A DNA stretch of 34,737 bases from Candidatus Campbellbacteria bacterium CG22_combo_CG10-13_8_21_14_all_36_13 (GTDB lineage Bacteria; Patescibacteriota; Minisyncoccia; Phycocordibacterales; PCTT01): positions 1 to 34,737 of the forward strand of contig PCTT01000044.1 in assembly GCA_002771585.1 (NCBI GenBank). The letters run 5' to 3'. The first letter of the stretch is position 1. Each line of letters opens with the position of its first letter. Of this stretch, positions 1 through 9,824 are shown piece by piece. The position numbers and the translations under genes were made by a program. Below the pieces are notes generated by a model. It had not been told where the DNA came from, did no database searches, and saw nothing but the letters and a program-made list of their open reading frames with translations.

Positions 1-465
1 ATTCCAATCTCTGGAATAGTAACAAAATTTGTAGATTTTGGTATTTCCGCATTAATTCTTGTCGGGCTAATGTTTTATTATCATTTTATTCCAAATCCAA
101 TCACATTACTGCTTTTACCATTGCTTCTTTTGATAACATTTCTTGCCGCGATAGGCGGAGGACTCTTCCTTGCATCAATAAATGTAAAATACCGTGATGT
201 GCGCTACATACTGCCATATTTCATTCAAATGCTTCTTTTTGTTACTCCAGTAATATATCCAGCAAGTATTGCTGGTAAGTGGTCATTCCTTTTGGCAATC
301 AATCCAATGACTGGAGTAATAAAAGCATCGCGTGCTGCACTCTTTGGAACAGAACCAATAAACTGGGCACTTCTTGGAATATCTTTAATAGCTGTGTCCA
401 TACTACTTGTAATCGGAATTATCTTTTTTAAGAAAACTGAAAGATATTTTGCAGACATTGTTTAG
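1..465 (+). CDS. ABC-2 type polysaccharide export permease (Wzm/TagG-like), 5' end outside the window
   Basis: Frame 1 is open from base 1 with no stop before the listed ATG at 70, so the gene is cut by the window edge. The sequence is hydrophobic and multi-TM, ends in TAG at 463-465, and sits next to a Wzt/TagH-type ATPase gene. Confidence 0.85.
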   Translation: MPISGIVTKFVDFGISALILVGLMFYYHFIPNPITLLLLPLLLLITFLAAIGGGLFLASINVKYRDVRYILPYFIQMLLFVTPVIYPASIAGKWSFLLAINPMTGVIKASRAALFGTEPINWALLGISLIAVSILLVIGIIFFKKTERYFADIV

Positions 466-467
466 AT

Positions 468-547
468 AAACATACAAATATACAAATTATGCGAATGATA
501 CTAATGACAACAAATATGAAGGTAAACATACAAATATACGAATAATG
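468..547. repeat. 24-nt direct repeat pair (468-491 and 524-547), each copy ending in ATG
   Basis: AAACATACAAATATACAAATTATG versus AAACATACAAATATACGAATAATG gives 22/24 identity. The ATG of the second copy is the GxxExxY start codon at 545. Confidence 0.8.
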
Positions 548-940
548 AAAATGAGTACAAATAAAAAAATAGGAGAAAAAGTTATAGAGCCCGAGTTATC
601 ATATACGATTACAGGAGTTCTTTTTGCTGTCCATAACGAGTTAGGTCAATACGCCAGAGAAAAACAATATGGTGATTTAGTAGAAAAAAAATTAAAAGAA
701 ATAAAGATACCTTATAAAAGAGAAATTTCCATCTCTGATTCTGGAAATATATTAGATTTTATTATTGACAATAAAATAGTCCTGGAATTAAAAGCATCAA
801 GGATACTCACAAAAGAAAACTATCGACAAATACAAAATTATCTACAACAAACAAATATTAAATTAGGGTTATTAATCAATTTTAGAAGTAAATATTTAAA
901 GCCTGTCCGTATTATTCGCATAGATTCGTATAATTCGTAA
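545..940 (+). CDS. GxxExxY family protein (PD-(D/E)XK nuclease-like fold)
   Basis: The 131-aa product has the family layout: N-terminal helix (ITGVLFAVHNELGQYAREKQYGDLVEKKL), DFIIDNKIVLELKA core and LGLLINF near the C-terminus. It is wedged between the permease and ATPase genes of the exporter. Confidence 0.85.
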   Translation: MKMSTNKKIGEKVIEPELSYTITGVLFAVHNELGQYAREKQYGDLVEKKLKEIKIPYKREISISDSGNILDFIIDNKIVLELKASRILTKENYRQIQNYLQQTNIKLGLLINFRSKYLKPVRIIRIDSYNS

Positions 941-955
941 AATTAGTATATTAGT

Positions 956-2227
956 ATGTCAAACTTCGCAATTGAAATAAAAAATGTAGGTAAAAAATAT
1001 AACATCACTCACCAGCGTGGGGGGTATGTTTCTCTTCGAGATGTTTTAACCAATATTCTCAAAAATCCATTCAAACACGCAAAGTACAAAGCCAAAGAGG
1101 TTCTGGGAAAAGTAGAAAAAGAAGAGTTCTGGGCACTAAAAGATATCAATCTTACAGTTAAAAAAGGAGAAATAATAGGAATTATAGGATCAAATGGCGC
1201 TGGAAAGTCTACACTATTAAAACTCCTTTCAAAGATAACCCCGCCAACTACAGGGGAGATAAATTTAAATGGACGAGTAGCGTCCCTTTTAGAGGTTGGG
1301 ACAGGATTCCACCCAGAGCTTACTGGTCGTGAAAACATCTTCTTAAATGGAGCCATATTAGGTATGACAAAGAAAGAAATTACTGAACGTTTTGATGACA
1401 TAGTAGAGTTTTCTGGAGTGAAACAATTTATAGACACACCAGTAAAGAGGTACTCGTCTGGTATGTATGTACGTCTGGCATTTGCTGTAGCGGCTCATAT
1501 GGAGCCGGACATACTTATAGTAGACGAAGTACTCGCTGTAGGAGATGCAGAGTTTCAAAAAAAATCCCTTGGGAAACTAGATAGTGTTTCAAAAGAAAGT
1601 GGTAGAACAATTTTATTTGTAAGCCACAATATGGGAGCAATCCAAAGACTCTGTAAAAAAACCATACTACTTGAAAAAGGACAAATCAAAATGTTTGGTA
1701 ATACTGAAAGGGTTATTCGTAAATACCTAGAAAACACAAATAATGATGTTAGGGAGAGAAAATTTAATGTTATAAACTCAGACCTAGGTATAACAAATAT
1801 TATTATAAATCAAAATGACCAAAACGATTTTTTTCTGTCGACAGAAAAAATATTTGTTAATGTTAGTGTTTATACAAAAGATATAGACGCAGAAAATTTT
1901 ATTTGTGGTTTCACTTTATTTGATGAAAAAAACCAAAATGTTTTATCCACATACTTCAACGATATGGGTGATTTTATTAAAGTACAAAAATTTAATGGTA
2001 TACATAATTTTATGTGTGAAATACCAGAAAACTTACTAAACGAGGGTGAGTATCGTTTTGTATTTGATGTTGGAATTGCTAATATTAAAAAGACAACAAT
2101 GGAAAACGTACACACATTGAAAATAACAGTAAAAAATATACTGGGTGTTGGTTCTAGGTTTGGGCTTGGCCGTAAATGGCGCGATTCTGCGGTTTTACCT
2201 CTTTTAAGTTGGGAATTAAAAAATTAA
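956..2227 (+). CDS. polysaccharide/O-antigen ABC exporter ATP-binding protein (Wzt/TagH-like) with C-terminal extension
   Basis: It carries Walker A GSNGAGKST, the signature-like YSSGMYVRLAFA, Walker B ILIVDEVLAVGD and H-loop SHN. An extra C-terminal domain of about 170 aa resembles those of Wzt-type ATPases. Confidence 0.9.
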   Translation: MSNFAIEIKNVGKKYNITHQRGGYVSLRDVLTNILKNPFKHAKYKAKEVLGKVEKEEFWALKDINLTVKKGEIIGIIGSNGAGKSTLLKLLSKITPPTTGEINLNGRVASLLEVGTGFHPELTGRENIFLNGAILGMTKKEITERFDDIVEFSGVKQFIDTPVKRYSSGMYVRLAFAVAAHMEPDILIVDEVLAVGDAEFQKKSLGKLDSVSKESGRTILFVSHNMGAIQRLCKKTILLEKGQIKMFGNTERVIRKYLENTNNDVRERKFNVINSDLGITNIIINQNDQNDFFLSTEKIFVNVSVYTKDIDAENFICGFTLFDEKNQNVLSTYFNDMGDFIKVQKFNGIHNFMCEIPENLLNEGEYRFVFDVGIANIKKTTMENVHTLKITVKNILGVGSRFGLGRKWRDSAVLPLLSWELKN

Positions 2228-2239
2228 TAAAATAATAAA

Positions 2240-3028
2240 ATGGAAAAATATTTAAAAATGCAGAAAGAATATTATAATGATGAAAGAATATCATCTGAAC
2301 AAGTAGTTGGAAACTATAAATGGCACGAGAACTTCCCTTACGAAACACAGCTTTTGTATAAAAATGGCGATATGAGAATGCCATTAATTACCAACTCTAA
2401 AGAAAAATATGCTTTAGATTTTGGGTGTGGACCTGGTAGGATGATAAATCGAATGTCAAAATTATTTAAAAGAGTTGATGGAGTTGATATCTCAGAAAAT
2501 CTACTTATTGAGTCAAAACAACAACACCCGGATAGTAATTTTTATATATCTTCAGGAAAGGATACGGGCTCAGCACCAAACGATACATACGATTTCGTAT
2601 ATTCAACAATAGCCATGCAACATATTGCGGTCCACAGCATAAGAATGGATATATTAAAAAGTATTCATAAAATTTTAAAACCTGGTGGTGTCGCTACAAT
2701 ACAAATGGCATTTAACGCGGAATATCCTTATATAATAAAAAGAAAAGATTTCAAAATAAAAGATTTTTATATAAAAATATTTAAAAAACAAAAAATACAT
2801 GCTGCGTGGAGCGAAGATCGAACAAATGCTACATCAACAAATTCTGGGTGTGATGTTGCGATAAACAAAGATGATTTGGAGAAATTAAAGAGCGATTTTA
2901 GCTCAATTTTTAAAAATGTAGATTATTGGTTTTACGATGTAAGCCTTATATACCAAAATTTAAATGGAGAAAGGCACGCTCCTAAGTATTGGCCTACTCA
3001 TTGGATATTTATTCATGGAACAAAATAA
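2240..3028 (+). CDS. class I SAM-dependent methyltransferase
   Basis: It has motif I LDFGCGPGRM, VDGVDISENLL and LKPGG. Confidence 0.8.
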   Translation: MEKYLKMQKEYYNDERISSEQVVGNYKWHENFPYETQLLYKNGDMRMPLITNSKEKYALDFGCGPGRMINRMSKLFKRVDGVDISENLLIESKQQHPDSNFYISSGKDTGSAPNDTYDFVYSTIAMQHIAVHSIRMDILKSIHKILKPGGVATIQMAFNAEYPYIIKRKDFKIKDFYIKIFKKQKIHAAWSEDRTNATSTNSGCDVAINKDDLEKLKSDFSSIFKNVDYWFYDVSLIYQNLNGERHAPKYWPTHWIFIHGTK

Positions 3029-3638
3029 ATTAAAAATCAAGGCGATATTATTTGACCTAGATGGTGTATTAGTAAATATGCCAGACGGACACTATGAAGC
3101 CTTAAATATGGCCCTGTCTCTTTTTGGATCAACAATTAACAGAGACGAGCATGAACATGTTTTCAACGGATTACCAACAAGAAAAAAATTAAAGAAAATG
3201 GAGGCTATGGAAAGATTGCCCATTGGTCTAATAGAATTAATAAACGGAATCAAACAAAAATATACGAAAGAAATAATACCAAAATATTGTGTCCCAGATT
3301 ATTCAAAGATAATATTACTCCAACAACTAAAAAAACGTGGTTTTTTGCTAGGATGTTGCTCAAATTCAATAAAAGAAACCCTTCATATAATGCTAAAAAG
3401 TGCGCAAATTTTTGATTTTTTTGATTTAATAATCGGAAATGATGAGGTAAAAGAACCAAAACCACACCCGGAAATGTATTTATCTGCTTTTAAGATACTT
3501 AATTTAAAACCTGATGAGTGTATTATAGTAGAAGACTCTCCACACGGAATAGAGTCAGCAAAAGCCAGTGGCGCTAAGGTTTTTGAGGTACGTGGTACTG
3601 AGGATGTAAATCTATCTTTATTTAAAGACATTTTATAA
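3015..3638 (+). CDS. HAD-superfamily hydrolase (phosphatase / beta-phosphoglucomutase-like)
   Basis: It has HAD motif I ILFDLDGVLV and a C-terminal VEDSPHGIESAKASG. I start it at the internal ATG 3015 (MEQNKLKIKAILFDLDG) rather than the track ATG at 2964, which lies deep inside the upstream gene. Confidence 0.8.
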   Translation: MEQNKLKIKAILFDLDGVLVNMPDGHYEALNMALSLFGSTINRDEHEHVFNGLPTRKKLKKMEAMERLPIGLIELINGIKQKYTKEIIPKYCVPDYSKIILLQQLKKRGFLLGCCSNSIKETLHIMLKSAQIFDFFDLIIGNDEVKEPKPHPEMYLSAFKILNLKPDECIIVEDSPHGIESAKASGAKVFEVRGTEDVNLSLFKDIL

Positions 3639-3653
3639 AATAAAAAATTTATT

Positions 3654-4400
3654 ATGATAAATATAATTATTCCAATGGCAGGACTCGGATCACGCTTCAA
3701 AGAAGCTGGTTATACATTTCCAAAACCATTAATAGACGTTGGTGGAAAAACAATGATAGAAGTGGTTATAAACAACCTAAGACCAAAAAATGATTACAGG
3801 TTTATTTTTATCTGCCAAAAAGAACATTACGAAAAATATGATTTGTTTAATATTCTAAAAAATGCAACAAACAATAACTTTGAGGTGGTAAAAATAGACG
3901 GAGTTACTGAGGGTGCGGCTTGTACTGTTTTGTGTGGCATAAATTATATAAATAATAATGACCCTTTAATTATTGCGAATTCAGATCAGTTTATAGATAT
4001 TAAAATTGATGATTTCATTGAAGAAGCAAAAAAAAGTAAATCTGATGGAATGATAATGACATTCAAAGCAAGTCATCCAAAATGGAGTTATGTACGCCTA
4101 GATAATAATAAAAAAGTTATTGAAACAGCAGAAAAGGTGGTGATATCAGATAAGGCCACAGTTGGTATATATTATTTCAAAAAAGGTTCTGACTTTGTAA
4201 GTGCCGCTGAGTCAATGATACAGAAAAATATACGACACAATAATGAGTTCTATGTATGTCCTGTATATAATCAGCTAATAATAGAAGATAAGATAATTTA
4301 TATATACAACATTGAACCGGAGCAAATGCATGGACTAGGAACACCTGAGGATTTGGTTGTCTTCCAAAAAAAGATTGGGGATGGAAGTATAGTTATATAA
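3654..4400 (+). CDS. sugar-phosphate nucleotidyltransferase-fold protein
   Basis: The N-terminus IIIPMAGLGSRF...PKPLIDVGGKTMI is typical of NTP-transferase/GT-A fold enzymes in polysaccharide loci. Confidence 0.7.
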   Translation: MINIIIPMAGLGSRFKEAGYTFPKPLIDVGGKTMIEVVINNLRPKNDYRFIFICQKEHYEKYDLFNILKNATNNNFEVVKIDGVTEGAACTVLCGINYINNNDPLIIANSDQFIDIKIDDFIEEAKKSKSDGMIMTFKASHPKWSYVRLDNNKKVIETAEKVVISDKATVGIYYFKKGSDFVSAAESMIQKNIRHNNEFYVCPVYNQLIIEDKIIYIYNIEPEQMHGLGTPEDLVVFQKKIGDGSIVI

Positions 4401-4405
4401 TTCTG

Positions 4406-5260
4406 ATGTATATAATAACTCACAGAGGATTAGACCCTTCAATGCAAGATTTTTTTGTTGAAAGCTCATTAGAAGCACTAGAAAACCATATTGAACGAGG
4501 GTTTGGTTTAGAGTTTGATCTTCAAGCAACAAAGGACAATAAGTTTGTAGTATTCCATGACAATAATCTAAAAAGAATTAGTCAAGGTGAAAATCTTAAA
4601 AAAATATTAGATTATACAGAGAAAGAACTTTGTTTACTTAAAATAAAAAATTGTCATATTGCCTCGTTTACACAAATATTAGATATGATAGAAAAAAATA
4701 CAAACAACAATACAGTTCATTTTGTACATATAAAATATTTTTTACAAAGCCAAAAATACTTGGATATATTACTCGAATATATAAAAAATAGAAACATAAA
4801 TAATATAATATTTTTTGATATAAAAATAGATACCGGGAAATATCTTAAAGGAAAAAACAAAAAAATAAACTTGGCTCCTTCTGTATCTCATAAATACGAT
4901 ATAAAAAGATATGGTAAATTTGTCGGTAATACACTTTTAACAACAGAAGTGGTTTTGAAAAACAAAGCTCTTTTTAATTGGGTTTGGCTTGATGAGTGGG
5001 ATTTATTAGATAAAAATAATGGAACAAAAAAATTATATACTGAGAAGACATTTACAACTTTTCGGGATTTTGGATTCAATATCGCACTAGTAACACCAGA
5101 ACTACACGCATCATCACCTAGTTTATTAGGAAAAGAGGCACATCAAGATGTAAAAACGGCCAAAAAACTTCAAGATAGACTCCAAGAAATTATAACCCTT
5201 GCACCAGACGCAGTTTGCACGGACTATCCAGATTTAATTAAAAATTTAATAACCATTTAG
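4406..5260 (+). CDS. glycerophosphodiester phosphodiesterase (GDPD) family protein
   Basis: The N-terminal ITHRG...LEFDLQATKDNKFVVFHD matches the GDPD HRG / E-x-D / HD pattern. Confidence 0.7.
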   Translation: MYIITHRGLDPSMQDFFVESSLEALENHIERGFGLEFDLQATKDNKFVVFHDNNLKRISQGENLKKILDYTEKELCLLKIKNCHIASFTQILDMIEKNTNNNTVHFVHIKYFLQSQKYLDILLEYIKNRNINNIIFFDIKIDTGKYLKGKNKKINLAPSVSHKYDIKRYGKFVGNTLLTTEVVLKNKALFNWVWLDEWDLLDKNNGTKKLYTEKTFTTFRDFGFNIALVTPELHASSPSLLGKEAHQDVKTAKKLQDRLQEIITLAPDAVCTDYPDLIKNLITI

Positions 5261-6223
5261 ATGTCATTTTTTTTAAACAAAATAGTAAATTTTTTAGAAA
5301 ACAAAAATAAAGTATTTTTTACTTTCCATTTGCGTCCATACCTGTCTTCTTCTGTTAACAAAAATACAGAAAAAAATAACGGTGATGTTGCTATAATAAT
5401 ACAGGGCCCTATCGTATATGAAAAAAACTTCACTCTTGAAACAATAAAAACATACTTAAAAAATTTTCCAGGCTCACATATAGTTCTTTCAACTTGGACA
5501 GGTCAAGATATTAAAGATTTTAAAAAATTAAAAATCGATCTTATTCTTAATGAAAAACCAAAGAATTCTGGTATATCGAATATAAATTACCAAATAGTAT
5601 CTACTTATAACGGAATAATTGAAGCCAAAAAAAATAATGTGACTTATGTTCTTAAAACAAGAACAGACCAAAGAATATACAGTGAAAAAGCACTTGATTA
5701 CTTTAAAGATATATTAAGAATATTTCCACTAGAAACAGGAAAAATTCCTAGAGGTAGAATTATCACCACTGACATTAACACATTTAGATTTAGACCATAT
5801 AGCATAAGCGACATGACCCTTTTTGGTTTTTATGAAGACATGTTTAATTATTGGAATTTAAAAACTGATGAACGAGAGGAAACTAAGTTTAAATATAAAA
5901 ATGTTTTGGAATGGTCAAAACACAGATTATGTGAGGTTTATTTATCCACAAATTATTTGGAAAAAATAGGGAAAAATTTAAACTGGACAATATCAAATAG
6001 TTGGAAAACATATATTGAGTATTTCTGTATAGTAGACAGGTCAACCATAGACTTATTTTGGTTTAAATACGAAAAAAACAAAGAGTATAGGCGAAGAAAA
6101 TATAGTGGTAATTTTATGGACGAAGAGTTTGGTTTTGTCGATTGGTTAAAATTATATAATTCAGAAAATTTTAATAATAAATACGAATACCTTTTAGACA
6201 AACAAATAGATGAAGAAATATAA
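5261..6223 (+). CDS. WavE-like polysaccharide biosynthesis protein (tentative)
   Basis: The 320-aa ORF contains VAIIIQGPIV...NFPGSHIVLSTWTG, which I recall as typical of WavE-family proteins. This is a recollection, not a search result. Confidence 0.5.
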   Translation: MSFFLNKIVNFLENKNKVFFTFHLRPYLSSSVNKNTEKNNGDVAIIIQGPIVYEKNFTLETIKTYLKNFPGSHIVLSTWTGQDIKDFKKLKIDLILNEKPKNSGISNINYQIVSTYNGIIEAKKNNVTYVLKTRTDQRIYSEKALDYFKDILRIFPLETGKIPRGRIITTDINTFRFRPYSISDMTLFGFYEDMFNYWNLKTDEREETKFKYKNVLEWSKHRLCEVYLSTNYLEKIGKNLNWTISNSWKTYIEYFCIVDRSTIDLFWFKYEKNKEYRRRKYSGNFMDEEFGFVDWLKLYNSENFNNKYEYLLDKQIDEEI

Positions 6224-7088
6224 AATGTTAGCCAAAATAAAAAATAAAATACTTAGATTATATATTGGTTTTAAAAAAGAAACACTTGTTGAAAAAAATA
6301 ACAGGGAGGAATTTTTAAATTCTATAAAAAATATTCAAAAACTAGATAGACCTGACTATGGCGGGTGGAATAGCTATATAAAAAGATTACATGTATATAT
6401 TTCCAAAAATGATCCAAGAAGCTTTCTTAGGTGGAAGCCAATAACTGAGAGCATGTTTTCTAGCGCCAGCAAGTGCGAGTTTGATTATTTAATTACAAGC
6501 ATAAATAATGATAAACTATTAAAAGCTATTGAAGAAACATGGGTAGGAAATCCACCAAAATATAAACACTACAAAAAAAGTAGTAGTAACTTTGTACACA
6601 CAGCTTATAATCTTTCACAACTTATAGATCTTTTTAAAATCGATGTAAAAACACTAAACAGCATTGTGGAATTTGGTGCTGGTTATGGCTGTATGGCTAA
6701 ACTAATAAATAACCTAGGGTTTGTTGGCAAATATACAATTTTCGATATACCAGAGTTTCTCGCACTTCAAAAATATTACCTTCATTCATCTAAAATAATG
6801 AGTAATTTTAAATTTATAGACAAAATAGATAAATTAGAGGCTGTAAATCCAGATATACTTATTTCCACATGGTCTTTAAGCGAATCTCCAATCAGTCTTA
6901 GAGATAAATTCTTAAAAAAAATTGGTAAACCTAAATATATACTAATTGCATATCAAGAAAATTTTAACTCAATAGATAATAAAAAATATTTTGAGACCTT
7001 AAAAGGACTTATGTCTGAGTATGAATGGACTAATAAAACCATTTCACATGTTCCTGGAAATTATTATTTGTTAGGAAAAAAAATATGA
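6210..7088 (+). CDS. putative sugar O-methyltransferase-like protein (tentative)
   Basis: It has the Gly-rich motif VEFGAGYGCMAKL followed by IFDIPE. The start could be ATG 6210 or 6225. The TGA stop overlaps the next ATG (ATGA). Confidence 0.5.
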   Translation: MKKYKMLAKIKNKILRLYIGFKKETLVEKNNREEFLNSIKNIQKLDRPDYGGWNSYIKRLHVYISKNDPRSFLRWKPITESMFSSASKCEFDYLITSINNDKLLKAIEETWVGNPPKYKHYKKSSSNFVHTAYNLSQLIDLFKIDVKTLNSIVEFGAGYGCMAKLINNLGFVGKYTIFDIPEFLALQKYYLHSSKIMSNFKFIDKIDKLEAVNPDILISTWSLSESPISLRDKFLKKIGKPKYILIAYQENFNSIDNKKYFETLKGLMSEYEWTNKTISHVPGNYYLLGKKI

Positions 7089-7963
7089 TAATAGTAAAAA
7101 TAATGGGTGGAATAGGAAATCAGATGTTTCAATATGCAACAGGGCGCAGGGTTGCTAAAATCAATAATATTCATCTAAAACTTGATACAAGTAGTTTTGT
7201 AAAAGAAGACAAAGAAACAACACCCAGAATATTCAAGTTAGATCATTTTAATATCGATACTGAAATAGCCACAAAGCAAGATATTAGATATTTTAAGAAA
7301 TTTAAGAAAGTTCACACAAAGATTTTAGGCCGTATATATAACCCGCTTTTTGCAAACGACTCAAAATACATCACAGAAATAGGTTATGGGTTTAATCCAG
7401 GAATATTAAACCTGAAAGATGATATATATTTAGACGGCTATTGGCAAAGTGAAAAATATTTCAAAGATATCAGAGATACACTCATCAAAGAATTTTCACT
7501 AAAAACACCTGGGACTGCTTTTGAGGAACAAGCCCAAATTATAACTAATCATAATGCAATATCTATACATATAAGAAGGGGCGATTATGTATCAAATACT
7601 AGCTTGGCAAAAAATTATGGTGTTTGCGGTTTAGATTATTATATGGAGGCAATAGAATTAGTTACCCAGAAGGTAGAAAATCCGCATTTTTTTATTTTTT
7701 CTGATGATATCAGCTGGGCCAAAGAAAATCTTAAAATCACCTACTCACATTCATATGTATCAAGTGAATATATAAAAGATTATGAAGAGATAATATTGAT
7801 GTCCAAATGCAAATACAACATAATAGCAAACAGCTCATTTTCATGGTGGGGAGCATGGTTAAACAACAATCCAAATAAAATAGTGATTGCACCAAAAAAA
7901 TGGTTTAGGGATGAATCTTGGATTCCAAAGGATATAATCCCAGAAACATGGTTAAGAATATAG
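7085..7963 (+). CDS. alpha-1,2-fucosyltransferase (GT11)
   Basis: It carries the GT11 motifs GGIGNQMFQYA, HIRRGDY and NSSFSWWGAWL. Confidence 0.9.
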   Translation: MIIVKIMGGIGNQMFQYATGRRVAKINNIHLKLDTSSFVKEDKETTPRIFKLDHFNIDTEIATKQDIRYFKKFKKVHTKILGRIYNPLFANDSKYITEIGYGFNPGILNLKDDIYLDGYWQSEKYFKDIRDTLIKEFSLKTPGTAFEEQAQIITNHNAISIHIRRGDYVSNTSLAKNYGVCGLDYYMEAIELVTQKVENPHFFIFSDDISWAKENLKITYSHSYVSSEYIKDYEEIILMSKCKYNIIANSSFSWWGAWLNNNPNKIVIAPKKWFRDESWIPKDIIPETWLRI

Positions 7964-7971
7964 GTTGTTCA

Positions 7972-8063
7972 GAATTATGAATTACGAATTAAGAATTAAG
8001 AATATTAACTTTATAGACTTTCGACTTTATGGACTTTACAGACTTTAAAGACTTTATAGACTC
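7972..8063. repeat. two adjacent short-period tandem arrays upstream of the amidotransferase gene
   Basis: GAATTAN occurs five times with period 7 at 7972-8007. ACTTT recurs seven times at 8008-8063, spaced 9 nt apart except for one 7-nt step. Confidence 0.85.
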
Positions 8064-8069
8064 AAACCT

Positions 8070-9824
8070 ATGTGCGGAATTGCAGGAATAATATATAAAG
8101 AAAAAAATGTTGTCGGAGAAAATGGTGTGCAAGATATGCTCTCTACACTAAACAAACGTGGGCCAGATGAATCTGGCGTATTTTGTGACAAACAATGTGT
8201 GCTTGGTCAGACTAGGCTTTCTATAATAGATATAAATTCAGGACATCAGCCGATGGTAGATGAAGAATTATCTATCACTTTTAATGGAGAAATATACAAC
8301 TTCAAAGAACTTAAAAGAGATCTGGAAGAAAAGGGTCATAAATTTAATACTCAATCAGATACAGAAGTAATCTTAAAAACATATATGGAATATGGCAACA
8401 AAACACCAGAGCACCTAGACGGCATGTTTGCTTTTGCAATCTGGGATAGTGCAAAAGAAGAATTATTTATGGCAAGAGATAGGTTTGGGAAAAAACCACT
8501 TTACTACACATTTGTTGATGGAAACTTTGTTTTTGCATCAGAAATAAAAGCAATCTTCAAAAATGGCTTAATTGAAAAAGATAAAATAAATACATCTGCA
8601 ATTGATGATTATCTTCATTTTGGATACATAGTCCCAGATAAAACAATATATCAAAACATTCATACACTACTCCCTGCTCATTATGGTGTTATAAAAGACG
8701 GATTGATAGAAACGAATAGATATTGGAATCTAGAAAAAAAAGAGTTGGATGTAACATTTGAAGAAGCAAAGGCAAAAATAAAATCCTTATTAGAGAGAGC
8801 GGTAGAAAAAAGAATGTTGGCGTCAGATGTAGAGATTGGTTCCCTACTCTCTGGTGGAGTGGATTCAACACTGGTGAGCTACCTAGCTCAAAAGCACTTA
8901 AGCCAACCACTTAAAACATTTTCTGTTGGATATGAAGGCTACAGAAATGAACTTCCTTTTGCAAGAACCGCTTCAGAAAAAATAGGAACAGACCACCACG
9001 AACTACCGATATCTTATGATGTAATTAATGAATTAGAAAAAATTATCTCATACATGGATGAGCCACACGCGGATTCATCAAACTTCCCACAACACCTTAT
9101 TTCTAAAATGACGGCAGAGCATGTAAAAGTAGTACTTACGGGGGACGGAGCTGATGAACTCTTTATGGGTTATGGTTGGTATCAACAAAAGTGGCATATG
9201 CCACGATGGAGAGTGGATTGGAAAATTTTAAATCCATTCCAAGCACACCAGCGAGCAATCACAATATTTAGAAAATATAGTAGAAATAAGTTAATAAAAA
9301 CTCACAAAAAAATAGATTCTTCATTTATAAAAAAAATCATTGGCAGTCTTAGTGATTCGTTTTATAAAATCAATATATTTGACCTTTCTGTATATCTACC
9401 GGCTCAATTACTTACAAAGATTGATCGTACAAGTATGATGCACGGACTTGAAGCGCGTGCACCCTTCTTAGACACAGAACTAGCGGAGTATGTATATAAT
9501 CTACCCAATGAATTTAAAATCTCTAAAACAGAGAATAAAATTATATTAAAAGAAATTTTAGCTGAGATATTTCCAAAAGAATTTGTATACAGGAAAAAAC
9601 AAGGATTTGGTGCACCTGTTCAAGAGTGGTTGAAAGAAAAGAAAATGATAGATTTAGTGAACAAAACACTAGAGGGTGATAATCCTATGTATAATTTTAT
9701 TGATAAAAAAACCACGCTAACTGTGCGTGATAATTTTTATAAAAATAAACGTAACCATGCACAGAAACTATGGTTGCTTCTTTCGCTCGGGCTGTGGTTT
9801 GAAAAACACTCTGGTACGTATTAA
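8070..9824 (+). CDS. asparagine synthase (glutamine-hydrolysing) family amidotransferase
   Basis: It has the N-terminal MCGIAG (Cys2 Ntn amidotransferase) and the PP-loop LLSGGVDST. The product is 584 aa. Confidence 0.9.
   Translation: MCGIAGIIYKEKNVVGENGVQDMLSTLNKRGPDESGVFCDKQCVLGQTRLSIIDINSGHQPMVDEELSITFNGEIYNFKELKRDLEEKGHKFNTQSDTEVILKTYMEYGNKTPEHLDGMFAFAIWDSAKEELFMARDRFGKKPLYYTFVDGNFVFASEIKAIFKNGLIEKDKINTSAIDDYLHFGYIVPDKTIYQNIHTLLPAHYGVIKDGLIETNRYWNLEKKELDVTFEEAKAKIKSLLERAVEKRMLASDVEIGSLLSGGVDSTLVSYLAQKHLSQPLKTFSVGYEGYRNELPFARTASEKIGTDHHELPISYDVINELEKIISYMDEPHADSSNFPQHLISKMTAEHVKVVLTGDGADELFMGYGWYQQKWHMPRWRVDWKILNPFQAHQRAITIFRKYSRNKLIKTHKKIDSSFIKKIIGSLSDSFYKINIFDLSVYLPAQLLTKIDRTSMMHGLEARAPFLDTELAEYVYNLPNEFKISKTENKIILKEILAEIFPKEFVYRKKQGFGAPVQEWLKEKKMIDLVNKTLEGDNPMYNFIDKKTTLTVRDNFYKNKRNHAQKLWLLLSLGLWFEKHSGTY

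Noticed and set aside
1009-1437. Antisense or out-of-frame ORFs of 60-140 aa listed in the track inside longer genes, for example 1009..1437(-), 10523..10837(+), 21313..21609(+), 22356..22631(+), 31055..31318(+) and 32849..33211(+).
   Set aside because: Each lies wholly within a longer ORF on the other strand or frame that carries clear family motifs. Their products are low-complexity with no recognisable motif, as expected for shadow ORFs in AT-rich DNA.
7972-8063. Possible CRISPR arrays among the tandem repeats here and at 29015-29072, 30877-30996 and 32054-32086.
   Set aside because: The repeat units are 7-9 nt and directly abutting, with no 25-40-nt spacers. No cas genes are present.
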